64,000 nt of DNA from Octopus sinensis (lineage: Eukaryota): contig NC_043002.1 of assembly GCF_006345805.1 (NCBI RefSeq), positions 111,724,001-111,788,000 on the forward strand, read 5' to 3'. Numbering within the stretch: position 1 is the stretch's first letter; every line of letters starts with the position of its first letter. The notes beneath the pieces are model-generated. The model searched no databases. It saw only the letters and a program-made list of their open reading frames with translations, and was not told the origin of the DNA. Position numbers and translations under genes: made by a program. This document shows positions 38,851 to 52,770 of this stretch, in pieces.

Positions 38851-39561
38851 TACATACATACAGGCACACACTGGTGTGATAAAATAAATATAGGACTGAT
38901 CACAAGAATGTAAAAGCAACAATATTTATAAAATTGATGTAAAATGCAGTATCCCATAAGTAGATAATGATAGATACAAATAGCAGAGTATGTAATAAAA
39001 AGTTAATAGTTGCTATAAATAGCAGAGATATTTCCACAGATAAGAGCAGATGTAAACAGTAGATAATAGATATAAATAGCAGAAATTTTACAGGCAAGGA
39101 AGGTTTGGTAATATTTGTGACTGTTGGATGTAGACGAAGCAAATAATTAAACATGCACAATGATAATAAGATGAAAATTATAATGATAAGACAATAAAAT
39201 TACTAATCTGATAAATGACAATGATTACGTAATTATAAAGAGTAGAGAGATTTATAAAAGTGAAGACTGTCTATAAGAAGGGAATTAAAAAGAGGAGAGA
39301 GAGACACACCTTTGCAGAATGATTAACACTGGCGAAAAGATAAGGAAAATCACATTGTTAAATGTGATGTATGGTTTGGATTGTTGTTGGTGTAAAAAGG
39401 GAATAAATTAAACAAGCAGAGCAATGCTTAACATATTTTTATAGTTAAAAATAAGATGAGGTGAGAATGGTTTCTGCTAAGTGCGACTAACAGAAGAAGG
39501 AAAGCCACAAAAATGTCTGCAGATGTGCACACACACACATAATATATATATATATATATAG

Positions 39562-39592
<31 letters not shown>

Positions 39593-39606
39593 TATATATA
39601 TATATA

Positions 39607-39684
<78 letters not shown>

Positions 39685-39710
39685 GTATATATATATATAA
39701 TATATATATT

Positions 39711-39755
<45 letters not shown>

Positions 39756-39821
39756 CATATGTATATATGTATGTATGTATGTATGTATATATGTATGTAT
39801 GTATGTACACATACACGCACA

Positions 39822-40512
39822 TATGGTCAGAAAAAGTTTATAATATTCCCATTCTACAAACTACACAACTCAAGTGAATTTGAGAGAAAAGTCCGAGAAA
39901 AGAATTTTATAAATTCAAATCCATTCTAAATGGTCAGTTATATTAATGGTGATAATTATAATGATTATGGCGATAATAATAATAAGTACTGCTACCACCG
40001 CCACCACTAATAACAGCAATAATGATAATAATAAAAGTGATATTAGTAGTCTTCACCTAATGAACAGTGACTCGATTGAAATGCAAAAGTTTCTAGAGTA
40101 ACAATAGGATTCAAAATATAACAAAACAATGATTCCTTTAGGTATGGTCAATGTAAAAAATCATTGACGCGCCCACCAAACCGTAACGTCTAAGCCACAT
40201 AAAGATTGGTGGAAATACAGTTGGAAGTTAGTTGGCTCGCTCACCAAACCATGATCTCTAAACCACATGCTGGTTGGTCAAAATACAGTTCGTAAGATTC
40301 AGCCTCCTGCTGCAGCCCATCTTTTAAATTAAGGGATAAATCCAACCATTTCACTACAGCTGTCAATTGTGGAACACAACCGTCACTATATAAACCTGAT
40401 GATTGTGTAAGGCATGAAAGTACTATCTTATTTCAATATTGGAAAATGGTAAAATTGTAAAAATTGCAAATAATAAAACATGAAAATCAGACTAAGATGG
40501 AATTTCATTGAT
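39822..40512 (+). mobile_element. PLE 3' end (GIY-YIG C-terminus) with degenerate hammerhead at about 40390-40431
   Basis: [28 protein letters not shown] resembles the end of ORF 43147-43500; CTGATGA..GCAT-GAAA-GTAC-TA; ends at (TA)n. Confidence 0.65.
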
Positions 40513-40529
40513 TAATATATATATATATG

Positions 40530-40570
<41 letters not shown>

Positions 40571-40590
40571 ATATATATATATATATATAT

Positions 40591-41050
40591 ATGAATAAAT
40601 GAAAGAATGGAGTCGAACGAAGATGTTAACAAAATTCCTTTACTCTCGACACATGTTTCGAAGACGGAGGCATGTTTTCATTCCAAAGGAATTATCGCTT
40701 TGTTTACCATGTAGGCAATCATCGAAATTTTTGCATGTCTTTTTGTCGAGAGAGGCTCCCTTTCTTTCCTGATGAGAAGATTGCATAATGCACCCTTTAT
40801 TCCTTTGGAATGAAAACATGCCGTCTTCGAAACATGTGTCTAGAGTAAAGGAATTTTGTTAACATCTTCGTTCGACTCCATTCTTTCATTTATTCATATA
40901 CAACACACAAATTTCTACACATGAACCCGGAGTTTCTACCCTTGACAGGTCGCTTCAACCGTGTTTTCTGACGTGAATTTGCTACCCAGGTTTCGGTTAA
41001 ACGAATTTTCCATGCTGACGATAAACATAGGATAATTCATTCACCTACTT
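40591..41050 (+). mobile_element. Fold-back element (arms 40591-40692 / 40799-40897) with hammerhead, between (TA)n tracts
   Basis: About 100-bp inverted arms; hammerhead at 40764-40845. Confidence 0.82.
40764..40845 (+). ncRNA. Type I hammerhead ribozyme with 43-nt loop II
   Basis: CTTTC-CTGATGA-GAAGA..TCTTC-GAAAC-ATGT-GTC-TAGAG (GAGAG in the inverted arm). Confidence 0.72.
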
Positions 41051-41064
41051 ATATATATATATAT

Positions 41065-41643
41065 AAATATTACATTTCTAAATATCTCAGAGAGAGAGAT
41101 AAGCAGTAGTGGTACGATAGAGTAGTTGTATACTGTCAACTTAATGTGACAGTCCCATGAAGGGAATCACACCACTGCTATTTAGCCCTTGGAAGCATCA
41201 ACGCTTCCTGCCGGCCTTGACACATTTCCGGTGTACTTATGTTTACAAGGGGGAGATAAGCACCCCACCCCACTAAGCCTGCATCCAGAGACTAGTTTCG
41301 GAGTCTTTGCTCATCATCAGTCTGGAGTAGCATGGCCTGCTAGTTGGAGATGTTTGTCTAGCCCTTGTAAACATATAGGAATTCTAGTGAAATAAATCGT
41401 ACAACTACTGCTTATATCTCTCTGAGATATTTAGAAATGTAATATTTCTATTTTTGTAATCAGTGGATTTATTTCGCTAGAATTCTTTCCTGTGTTTGTG
41501 AAACAACATTACTATATAGAATATATAAAACTGTAACCTCGGGCCCTGTCACAAGAATACACTGAGTTCTTTACTTATCTAAACAATCAAAACTCATCTA
41601 AACAATATCTTGCCCGGATTGATAATCCCTTACTAATAACTCT
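41065..41643 (-). mobile_element. Fold-back element (arms 41065-41118 / 41396-41447) with minimal hammerhead
   Basis: Inverted arms, a nested second inverted match, flanked by (TA)n and (TG)n. Confidence 0.78.
41284..41326 (-). ncRNA. Minimal type I hammerhead ribozyme
   Basis: TCCAGA-CTGATGA-TGAGCAAAGACTCC-GAAAC-TA-GTC-TCTGGA; perfect 6-bp stem I. Confidence 0.8.
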
Positions 41644-41646
41644 GTG

Positions 41647-41693
<47 letters not shown>

Positions 41694-42029
41694 TATGAAT
41701 ATATATATTTGTAAGTATGTATGCATGTATGTATGTATCTATGTATCTATGTATTTATGTAACTATGTACATATATATGTATACAAATGCATAGCAGAGA
41801 GAGGGGCAAGGAGGGAAGGAGAAAGAGAGAGAAATTTACAGAAAATATGTTAAGTGATATATTTTTCCATCCGATTACGGATGTTGTAAAACTCACACAT
41901 CGTAGGCCAGTTACGTAATCTGCGACGTACGTGAAACTGTGTGTTAACAAAAAAGTAATCTCAACAATACAGCATATATTTACTCTACATTTGGTATCGA
42001 ATACTTGTTTTTAAAAATCTAAACTTGCG

Positions 42030-42110
<81 letters not shown>

Positions 42111-42209
42111 CATATTTATATACATACAGTTGGAAGTTGGCTCGCTCACCAAACCGTGATATCTAAGCTACATGTTGATTGGTCAAAATACACACCACAC
42201 AAATAAATA

Positions 42210-42249
<40 letters not shown>

Positions 42250-42806
42250 TAAAATATAATAAAAGAGAAAATATATATATATATATATATAGATATATAG
42301 ATATATATATATATTATATATTTACCAACGTGAAACTCAGAGTAACAGGTTTTGTTGAATTTCTGATATATTAAATAGGTATATTATATATATATAATAT
42401 ATATATATATATGAGAAAGAAAAATGTAAAAGTCACAGGAAGTTTGTATAATAAAATCTATGGTGATATTAGGATCATATTACATCTTTACATCAGTACA
42501 AATTAAATAGGTAACGGTTTCACGATCAAATGATTGTCAACTTATATAGAGAAAACATTTTTGCTGTCAATAGGATGCCATCTTTGAAAAAAGTGAACAG
42601 AGATGAAGCAATATGTCAAGGAGAGTAACTCTTATTTTTTCATGAAGCTCTTCAGTACTTTTGGCAAAGCATATAGTTACAGGAGTCATTTCATTTTATG
42701 CAAAGTTAATTATATTACCCTACTTTAAGCAGTAATGTGTGAATGAGTGTATATGCATGTATTTTATACTCTGACATCTCATTTTCTCTCTTGTAAAAAT
42801 TATATC

Positions 42807-42879
<73 letters not shown>

Positions 42880-42891
<12 letters not shown>

Positions 42892-43842
42892 CATATAAGC
42901 ATATATAAGTATGAACAGTATTTTATACCTAAAACTTGTGGTTGGCACACATATACAACTTTTTTTGTATATGTTGAAATTCCATAATTGAATAAAATAA
43001 ATTAGTCCAATAGAAAATAACGACAAAGTAATTGCCAAGATATGAATACTTTCTTCATAAGAGTCATGTCCGACCTCTCATGACTCAGACTTAAATACTA
43101 ATGTGTGTCCTGGAGTCAAGTAATTAGGAGACAATTAGTAATACAATTAAAATGAATTGGTATTAAGTTCAGGTTTGTATTTTTGGATGAAATATGTCTC
43201 TTTATTGAGTCGGGCTTGTGTAGAAGTCCAGTCAGCAAATTTATATAGAGGGAAAATAGTGAATTTAGGTTGTATTTGTTTCGTATATACGTCGATATGT
43301 TCACTGAGATAAATTTGGCGGTATTGTGGCGAGGCTATCTGTTGACGATGCACTGTACAACGTTGACGGATAGAAGTCCCCGTGCTACCGATATAGTCTT
43401 TCTGGCAGCCCGAGCATCTGATTACGTAGATCAGATTTTCGGATGCACAAGTGAAATTTGATTTAATTGTGAAGTGTTGCCCTTGTTTAAAATAGTCCAA
43501 AAAGGTTGGGCATATACTACAGCTGGGGCGATTGCATTTTTTTATTTTGGGGCTTGTGGAGGGGAATAAGTTTGCATTAGTTAGCAGTTTCTTTAATGAC
43601 TTAGGTTGTTCGTTGCTTTTGACAAGTTTAATGTCACCTAAAATTCTTTTTAGTTTTGGGTTCTTGTGTAATATTAGTAGCGCAGGAGTGGCTGTGTGGT
43701 AAGTAGCTTGCTAACCAACCACATGGTTCCGGGTTCAGTCCCACTGCGTGGCACCTTGGGCAAGTGTCTTCTGCTATAGCCCCGGGCCGACCAAAGCCTT
43801 GTGAGTGGATTTGGTAGACGGAAACTGAAAGAAGCCTGTCGA

Positions 43843-43881
<39 letters not shown>

Positions 43882-45005
43882 GTGAGGGTGTGTGGTGTGT
43901 GTGTTGTGTGTCTGTGTTTGTCCTCCTAGCATTGCTTGACAACCGATGCTGGTGTGTTTATGTCCCCGTCACTTAGCGGTTCGGCAAAAGAGACCGATAG
44001 AATAAGTACCGGGCTTACAAAGAATAAGTCCCGGGGTCGATTTGCTCGACTAAAGGCGGTGCTCCAGCATGGCCGCAGTCAAATGACTGAAACAAGTAAA
44101 AGAGTAAAGAGAGAGGTGTTGTATGATTGTGCTGAATGCTTCTTTGTTTCTGGGGTTGTATATGGAAATGTAGGTGAGTGCTTTAAGGAGAGGTTTCTTC
44201 ATGTCTCTGGCTTTTCTTAATGTCTCGGTGTTGGTAGATTTGGCATATTTAATTCCTTCATTAATGAGTTGGATTGCGTAGTGTCTATCCAGGAGGACGT
44301 TTTTCAGTTCTTGTAGTCTTAAATCTATAGTTTTTTTTTTCTCTGAGACAACAGTTTTACGTTGGGGATTCTTCTTGCAAGGTTGAAGGGGATGTTTGTT
44401 TTTGTGTGTCTAGGATGGTAAGAGCTAAAGAGAAGGTATTGCTTTGCATCTGTTGTTTTATAAAATATATCTGTTTCGATTTTGTTGTTTGTTTTTTTTA
44501 ATTAGAATGTCTAGGAATGGAAGTGTCTCCTGCTTGTATTCCATTGTGAATTGAATGCTTGTGTGGATGCTGTTCAGAAGTGTTTTAAATTCTAGGAGTT
44601 TGTTTAAGAAGTTATCCCAGAGTCTGAAACAGTCATCCCGGTATCTTTTCTAATTCGCTTTAATGTATTGGGTGAGAGGGTCTCCAAATTTTTGCAGAGA
44701 AATCTGATATATTTTTTCTCTAAGAATCCCATTGTGATGTTGGCCATGGTAGATACTGCTCTCGTGCCCATCGCAATTCTCGATATTTGGCGGTAGCAGT
44801 TTGTGTCAAAAATAAGATGATTATTCTGGAGAATGAATTTAATTGATTCAATGATGAAGGTTTTGTTTATTCGTTCTGGTATTTCCTCTGGATGTAGTTC
44901 TAGCCAGAATCGAATCGCTTCAATTCCATTATCATGTGGAATGTTGGAGTATAGGTTTATAATATCGAAGGAGACCATGAGAGATTCTTCCCCGACCTGT
45001 TCTAT
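42880..45005 (-). mobile_element. 5'-truncated Penelope-like element (RT plus GIY-YIG), interrupted by a SINE
   Basis: MVSFDIINLYSNIPH, YRQIS.IAMGT (RT); FTCASENLIYVIRCSGCQKDYIGSTG..R.R...HR, KETYFIQKYKPELN (GIY-YIG). Confidence 0.92.
43680..44112 (+). mobile_element. SINE family A inserted in PLE
   Basis: Matches family A; separates PLE RT from GIY-YIG. Confidence 0.92.
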
Positions 45006-45272
45006 ATATATACGTACAGATTTGTGATTGTATATAAAAGCATGGTCAAACATGTGTTGCCTACATACACACATACACTCACAGACACACACACATATAT
45101 TACATATACATATATATATGTGTTTGAGTGATTGTCTGCATTATATTTCTTTTTCTGATTTTCACAAAAATTAATCAAATATGACTTGAACAGACCCTGT
45201 TAGTTGCGTATGTATAAAACTCCCTAAGTACTACTTCACAGCAGAGTAAACGTACTTACTGTGCAGTACTGG

Positions 45273-45311
<39 letters not shown>

Positions 45312-45446
45312 ATATAGTTCAGCAAAAATTTAGATTAATGAATATGATACTAAATTTAGATGCACCAGAATTTTGTATGGTGTTATCATAAAAATCCGGG
45401 GGGGTGATTATAATCAAAATAAGCAACAAGAATGACTCCGGTAATG

Positions 45447-45528
45447 TGGTACGATCGTTTCGTACTACATCATTTTATTAAATGTTGTAAGATTACACAG
45501 ATTTAAGATGTTGAGTACTCATCAGCCA
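45447..45528 (-). ncRNA. Type I hammerhead ribozyme with 49-nt loop II
   Basis: TGG-CTGATGA-GTAC..GTAC-GAAAC-GATC-GTA-CCA. Confidence 0.8.
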
Positions 45529-45887
45529 ATTATAGAGGTTTTCCATAATACAAAAATTTTCAAATCGAATGGCAACATTATAGAGAAGGTAGATATATAG
45601 ACAAGATGTGGATTTAAATTTTAAGACATAGAGGTAGTGGAGTCCATCAACTGACTGACTAAGATTTGGTTGTTCCAAACTGCTGTAAGGTTACATCAGT
45701 TTGGAACAACCAAATCTTAGTCAGTCAGTTGATGTACTCCACTACCTCTATGTTCTTAAAATTTAAATCCACATCTTTGTCTATATATCTACCTTCTCTA
45801 TAATGTTGCCGCTCGATTTGAAATTTTGTATTAATGGAAAAACCTCTATAATTGGCGATGAGTACTCAGATCTTAAATCTGTTGTAA
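45493..45887. repeat. Near-perfect palindrome, about 195-bp arms, 2-nt centre
   Basis: Arms 45493-45688 / 45691-45887 with scattered 1-nt differences. Confidence 0.9.
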
Positions 45888-45910
45888 GACTACTATATAT
45901 ATATATATAT

Positions 45911-45982
<72 letters not shown>

Positions 45983-46141
45983 TCTTTAAAATTCTTTTAC
46001 AATGCTGAAGTGTGTTAAACATTAAAAAATATTTTGTAATGTTCATAAATTTGAATTAACGCTTTCATAAGTTCGTAGTAATCATCATGATTTCAAAATG
46101 TTTTTAATGATAGCTGAGATCTTGACATACTGTAGTTAAAA

Positions 46142-46197
<56 letters not shown>

Positions 46198-46857
46198 TAT
46201 ATATAGCGGTGTACGTACACTTTGGTCTCTTATATGTAAATACACATTTTTAAAAATCTTGTACGACTCTATTTCTGGTTATCAGCCCTTTCACGCTTAT
46301 TCATTCATTCAACCCTTCATTCTTTCATTCCCCCTCTCTCACATTTCTTTGCCTTCTCTTCTTACTCACTTTCCCTCCACTTTTCACTGTGTCCTTGTCA
46401 TTTTTTCTCACCCCTCCTTAATTCTTCTGTCCCTCTACTTCTACTTCTCTCTCTTCTTCGTCTGACAGTTGTTTGTGCAACATCGATATTCTTCCCTGTG
46501 CTTGTGAAAATTTTGTATCTGCCGTAAGGCTTCATTTCCACACGCACCAGCTTAATTCAATTCATCCATAGTCGAAAGACACCTATTGTTATGTCCTGTT
46601 ATTTTTATTGGATTTATATTTCTGTAACATTGTCCGTTTTTTTCCATCTTTGTTTTTGTATACATTCGCTGCTTTCTTCCAAGGAATCTAATGCTCTTAG
46701 CTTAGTTTTTCCTTGGGATATAGCCAGATAATCGATGATTTCGCATCTTGATGCTCATGCACCTTGATGCTCATCGGTGGATCTCAACGTGCCTAGGATT
46801 AAACTTAGTTTATAAGATTTCCGCTTCATAAACGCTAAAAGTGAAAATTATACATAA

Positions 46858-47174
46858 CTAGCAAACAAATGCATTAAAAATCGAAAAAAAATTATGGTAA
46901 ATTTTTTTTAAAATCGTTGACTCATCGTAAACATTTTTAGAGTTACTTCCCTTATATAATAGCGAAAAAAATGCATTAAAATGGGAAAAAATGATGGTAA
47001 ATTTTTTTAAAATCGTAGACTCATCGTAGACGCGCGCTAATACCCAGAAGGGCTCGATATGAATCACGACTATAAGATACCCGGTTTTGGTTAAACTGCA
47101 CCGCAAAATGTGGGAGTAGTTAGGAATCTAAATCGTAGGAGACAGACACACAACCTCTCTTTTATATATAAAGA
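46858..47174 (-). mobile_element. Non-autonomous Helitron, internally deleted
   Basis: Same 5' TC end and body as other copies; CTAG end present but subterminal hairpin missing. Confidence 0.75.
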
Positions 47175-47199
47175 TATGGGTAGCTTATTCGCAAATTTA

Positions 47200-49407
47200 C
47201 AACCTAAAGGTAGAAATACATACGTCACTAAAGTGACAAAGGGCACTAATCAGAGTCAGTATTGCTAGAAATAAGAGTCAAAATAACTAGCACCAGCCAC
47301 ACACCATACACCACCACAAACTACACCAACAATAAGAACACTACAGGTAACCCTAATAGAAACAACACCAATATGAACAACGCCAAGACCCATACACAAA
47401 CCACTAATAACAACAAAAATAACCACAACACTAATACCGACAAAGTGATATTAAATTAGATTAACAATATTAACAAAACTAATAACACAAACTACGCAAA
47501 TAAGCCCCAAAATGTCATTAGCTACAAACATAATAGTATAAGCCTATACATCAGTACAAATAAAACCCAACGATGTAATATGAACCCTGTTAACAGCAAG
47601 AAAACCAGGCCCTCTATCCCACATGAACCCTACGATAATAACACCAATAGGGCAGACAAAAGTAAAACGAAAGTGAAACCTAACTATGCATATAACCAAG
47701 ATACATACAACAATAACTTCACACGACTCACAAACAAGGAGGTAGCTTCTATACTAGAAAAAACAACACAGGAAATAAACAAAATAGCGATAACATCTGG
47801 CTCGTAATCCCATACACCATGCACCTCAAATAAAATATAGTTCGCTCATTGATGAAAATCATAGATAAACACCTAAACGTTAATAAATACGCAGAATTAT
47901 TTAGGAATAAAATCAGAATAGACCAGTCTGACTAATAACTTAGCCACAATAATAGCTTCAATAAATGATTTTAAAAAAACTAGACAAATTCTATGAAACT
48001 AGAAATATTGTGAACAATAAAAATAAAAACCAACCAACTAATACAACTAAGTCCACCACTAACGCGGCGCTAACTTAGGATATAGACCTGAATAATAATA
48101 GCCCTCACAATACAACATGAACGAAGATACACCTAATTATTTATGCGGTTGCAGGGAGAGAACAAAGTGCCATTTCTCAAACAGATGCAAGACAAATAAC
48201 GTAGTCTACCAATGTGACGTCCACACAAATAATCAGACGAAATAATACATAGGCTGCACTAAGAACCAAATTATTCTTAGATATAACGCGAAGCAATCGA
48301 GCTTGAGAAATAGGAGTAAGTGTAACTCAACAGGGCTAAGTACATACATCTGGGAACTTAAGGATAAAAAATAGATTATAGTTCAAACTGGCGTATACTC
48401 ACAAAAACAACCTCCTACAACACCGCCAATAGACGCTGCGATCTCTGTCTATCAGAACGCCTAGCTATATTTACGGCTAAACAACCCCTTCTGAACAGAA
48501 AATTTGAGAATAAAACGTTTTGTCTTCATCTTGTCCTTTATGTATTTTCAAAATACCTGTAGAATAACTCCTTTTGTCTTCAAGTAGGCCTCTACGTCTT
48601 TCATAATCCCAAACTTGAATTGTTATCTATATAAGTCTTATTAGCTGGGAACCACCTTAAATAGTTCCCCCGCAAACCCACCCGCCCTCCACATTCCATA
48701 ACAATTAACTTTGCATCTACACAGGACCCATTCTAGCCCTAAAAACTTCATAAACTCTAGTAATAATATAAGTCTTCGGCATAATACAATTTTAAACTAC
48801 CCTACCTAGTCCAAGATTCGTATGGGTTAGGTCCCTTTTTACCCTAAGTTACAGTTACTTCCCTTCACATACACCGCCGGTGACTAAAAACAAATTTAAT
48901 ACACACGTGAGATACAATGCGCTTAGTCAAACCTCGGAAACCACACCAAAATAATATTCACCCCGTTCTAATTGCCCAAACCCCTCCCTAGTGAAATTAC
49001 CAGTGCAAGAACAAAATTTAATGTAAGACTTACAACCTTTCCTTCTATTACCATCATATACGCATCAATTATTTCGCATCCTAACCGATGCACCAATCTA
49101 TTTTCGCATTCTGAAGAGATTTACTAAATCTAGTAAATTGAAACGATCGTAAATGCTACCTTCATCTTTGCTTCCTGCTTCTTTGCTTTCTAATTAAATT
49201 AAAGGCATACCAGCAAAAACGACGAGTCTCCTCTTGTTATTACATCTATTTTGTTCTCCTATACAACCTAAACTACGGTCTACCAACCGAACCACCTGAT
49301 ACCATACAACTTTACAAAAGACTGTACCTACCCAGGTTATAACCAGGAGCGACTTTGGATTTAATTATCCCTTAGAGGCATTAAGTTCCTCCAACTGATA
49401 CCTACAC
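47200..49407 (+). mobile_element. PLE 3' region: GIY-YIG relic, 3' UTR, hammerhead, tail at (TA)n
   Basis: CGCRERTKCHFSNRCKTNNVVYQC..YIGCT..RY..NSTGLSTYIWELK..RCDLCLSE at about 48140-48500. Confidence 0.85.
49106..49156 (+). ncRNA. Type I hammerhead ribozyme, intact core
   Basis: GCATT-CTGAAGA-GATTTACTA AATC TAGTAAATT-GAAAC-GATC-GTA-AATGC. Confidence 0.9.
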
Positions 49408-49418
49408 TATATATATAT

Positions 49419-49452
<34 letters not shown>

Positions 49453-49646
49453 ATATATATATATATCATTTAGAACCGTTGGAGTCGATGTTCCAAATTC
49501 ACTATTCGTTTACGTAATGCCTCCTCAGCGTAACCAAATGAGGGAAACACGGTGTAGCAACTTTACCTGTCCTGGAGACTGCTTACTTTGTTTTGAGCTG
49601 TTTTCTCATTGTCCAAGTAATTCCAACTCCAATATAAGTATGTATG

Positions 49647-49678
<32 letters not shown>

Positions 49679-49884
49679 CGATACACGGAGTTTTCGTCGG
49701 AGTGCTCAAATAGGCATGCCACTAAAATTCTGGCGTGAATGGCGGTTGAAGTTGTAGTTTTGTGACGGACTTATCCAAAGCGGCTTGAAGTGGCTTCCCT
49801 CTTGACTTAGTAGATGTGGGTTAAGGTAAAAAGGAGAAGCAAACAAATTGGTAAGACTTCACACATACACACACATACACACAC

Positions 49885-49927
<43 letters not shown>

Positions 49928-50533
49928 CACACACACACGCTCATGCACGCACATTTGTATATGAGGAATGTTGATATGGTCGCTGTATGTGCCCGTGTAT
50001 CAAGCACAAGGCCTTGTCTTGTAAAAGCTGAGCATCATCCTACCATTGCTTAGTTACATCAACATGCATCCCTTACGAAAATTTATCGGCACTGTTTGTA
50101 AACACTCTGAACATCTTGATATCATTAGCTGTCAAAAAAACCAAAAAAAAACCATATCAACGGTGCTATTGATGACTAAATATTTACTTAATTGCTTACT
50201 TAGAAATCTAAGTAAATTTCCTTAATTTCTTAGTAACTGTTTATAACAGTTACCTGGGTGGCTAGTGTAATGGAAAGAAAAAAAAAGATAAGATAACTTC
50301 TCATCGTATCTAAACCAGAATCGCGTTTTGATCCCTGTCCCCTTCGTTTATATTCTCAAATGCTCTTAACATTGGTATGAACAATCACACAATGTAATTT
50401 ATATTTTCGTGGGAATTTGAGGAACTACTTTCGTTTGCACGCGCGCTGAAACACAGTCACCTCTCTCTCTCTATGTATGTATGTATATATGTATGTATGT
50501 GTATATATATATATATGTGTATATATATAATAT

Positions 50534-50596
<63 letters not shown>

Positions 50597-50609
50597 TTAT
50601 ATATATAAT

Positions 50610-50659
<50 letters not shown>

Positions 50660-50666
50660 GTATATT

Positions 50667-50741
<75 letters not shown>

Positions 50742-51529
50742 TATAGATATTTCGGAATGGTCATTTTGCCAGTTTAGCCAATAAAAACACACGCACTATA
50801 TATTTGGTGTTACTTTGCTTCAGTGTTATTTATTTTTTACATTAGTCTTAATTTTATTTCGGCCAGAGTTCTTTCGTTACACTCCTGTGACCGCATCAGT
50901 GGTCCTTTATTTTCTTCTTTCTTATTTGTGTCTCTCCTTACTAACCGTCAGCCATTTTGTATTTCTATTGTATGTCTTCTTTTGCGCATGCTTATATCTC
51001 TATGTGCGTCTATGTTTATTTAGTGTGTGGGGGGATGCCTGTAATATTTGTATCTTCTGTTTATATACGTTCATATAATTTGTTTTTGTTGTTGCTGTTT
51101 TTGTTTATTCTTATTTTGTTCATGTGTTTACATCCACTTATTATTATTAGCATTACATATGCCTGTATGTATGTATGTATATGTATGTATGTATAACAAC
51201 AATACTAGTAATAATAATAATAAATTAAAAAAATCTTTTAAATTAAACAAAAAAATCTTATATAGTTATTTATTTCTATTTGTTTATTTATCTGTGTATT
51301 TTATTTATTATGTTTTATGTTTTCGGTTTTGTTTATTGGGATCCTCTACCGTCATATGTTGTGGTGTGTGTTAGTGTTCCATTCTAGTTTCCTATTCAGG
51401 TTAGGTTTATTTTCTATTAAGTGTGTAGCTTCTGTAATGTGTCTGATTGTTGCATCTGTTCTATGTGTGGACAATATATTAATTTCCATGTTGTTGATTG
51501 ATCCCCCGTGTTCATACATATATACACAC

Positions 51530-52590
51530 ACACAAGCATGACAGAAGTGAATAGTCACCCCATAAAACTTGTAAAACATTTTTTATTAATTGACTTTTTT
51601 TATTCAGGTTCTATATGTGACTGTTTAATCATGCCATGTAGAAGAGAAGCCTTGGATCTGTCTGAGTTTCAAAGAGGCCGTATTGTAGGTCATTCTGTAG
51701 GTGGACATAGCGTAAAATAGCAGAAAAACTTAGGATCCCGCTTTCTACAGTTAATGAAGTGATTGTGTAATTCCCCAGAGAGGGGAAGGAATCCACATCA
51801 CCTCGCCCAGATCAACCAGGGCCCTCTGACAGGACCCTTCTCTTTGTTAAGTGAAGTGTGAAGGATAATCCTCGTTGCAAGGCCTTTAACATAGCAGAAC
51901 GAGTTGTCAGTCACAGAACAGCTGTCAGGTGTTTACTATGGTAGAACAGCAAGAAGCCACTCCTTCGACCAGCCAACATCAAGCGGGGGAAATATTGGGC
52001 CAGTGAGATAGTGGAGAGGCCAATAGCATTTTGGCACACTGTTATTTTCTCTGATGAATTCAGATTTACTGTATTTCCTGACAGTGGTCGAGTGTGGGTC
52101 TGGAGACTCTGTGATTAAGAATTTGATGTGAAAAGATTGCAGCCAGCAATGAAACATGGCAGCTACTCTATGATTGTCTGGGGAGCAATTTGGAGCAATG
52201 GTCGATCAGAGCTGATGGAGTGTGAGGGAAACAAACTCAGATAAATATGTGTCCATATTGCAGAAAGTTCTCTTTCCAATCTTCTCCAGGTGTGAAATGA
52301 TTAAAGAAGACTCTTTATTTACGGAAGATGGAGATTCTTGTCTCATGGCTAAAATGACCCAAGATTTGTTGAATGAGAATGGCATTAAAGAGCTTCCATA
52401 GCCAAGCCAGTCACCAGATATGTACCCTATTGAACACCATTGGGACATAATGGGCAGGACACTCAATAAAAAGAACAAGAAAGCATCTTCAAAGCCAGAT
52501 CTTTTGAGATTACTGCATGAAACCTGGAAAGAAATTCTGTAAAAGAATTTACGTCATCTGATCAGTAACATGCCTAATAGGGTTCTTCAG
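51530..52590 (+). mobile_element. Tc1-family transposon relic (DD34E)
   Basis: DLSEFQRGRIVG, VIFSDE, MIVWGAI, EDG, PSQSPDMYPIEHHWD; multiple stops/frameshifts. Confidence 0.88.
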
Positions 52591-52605
52591 ATTTAAATAA
52601 ATTTG

Positions 52606-52770
52606 TGTGTCCCCGTCACTTAGCGGTTCGGCAAAAAGAGACCGATAGAATAAGTACTGGGCTTACAAAGAATAAGTCCCGGGGTCGATTTGCACGACTA
52701 AAAGGCGGTGCTCCAGCATGGCCGCAGTCAAATGACTGAAACAAGTAAAAGAGTAAAAGAGTAAAAGAGT
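52606..52770 (+). mobile_element. SINE family A, 3' half
   Basis: Matches family A tail. Confidence 0.85.

Noticed and set aside
42508-42660. Hammerhead-like CTGAAGA..GAAACCGTTA on the minus strand
   Set aside because: Stems I and II do not pair and the spacing is far longer than in the other motifs
50850-50908. CTGATGC-GGTCA..TGGCC-GAAA on the minus strand
   Set aside because: Stem II is plausible but stem III, the cleavage triplet and stem I are missing
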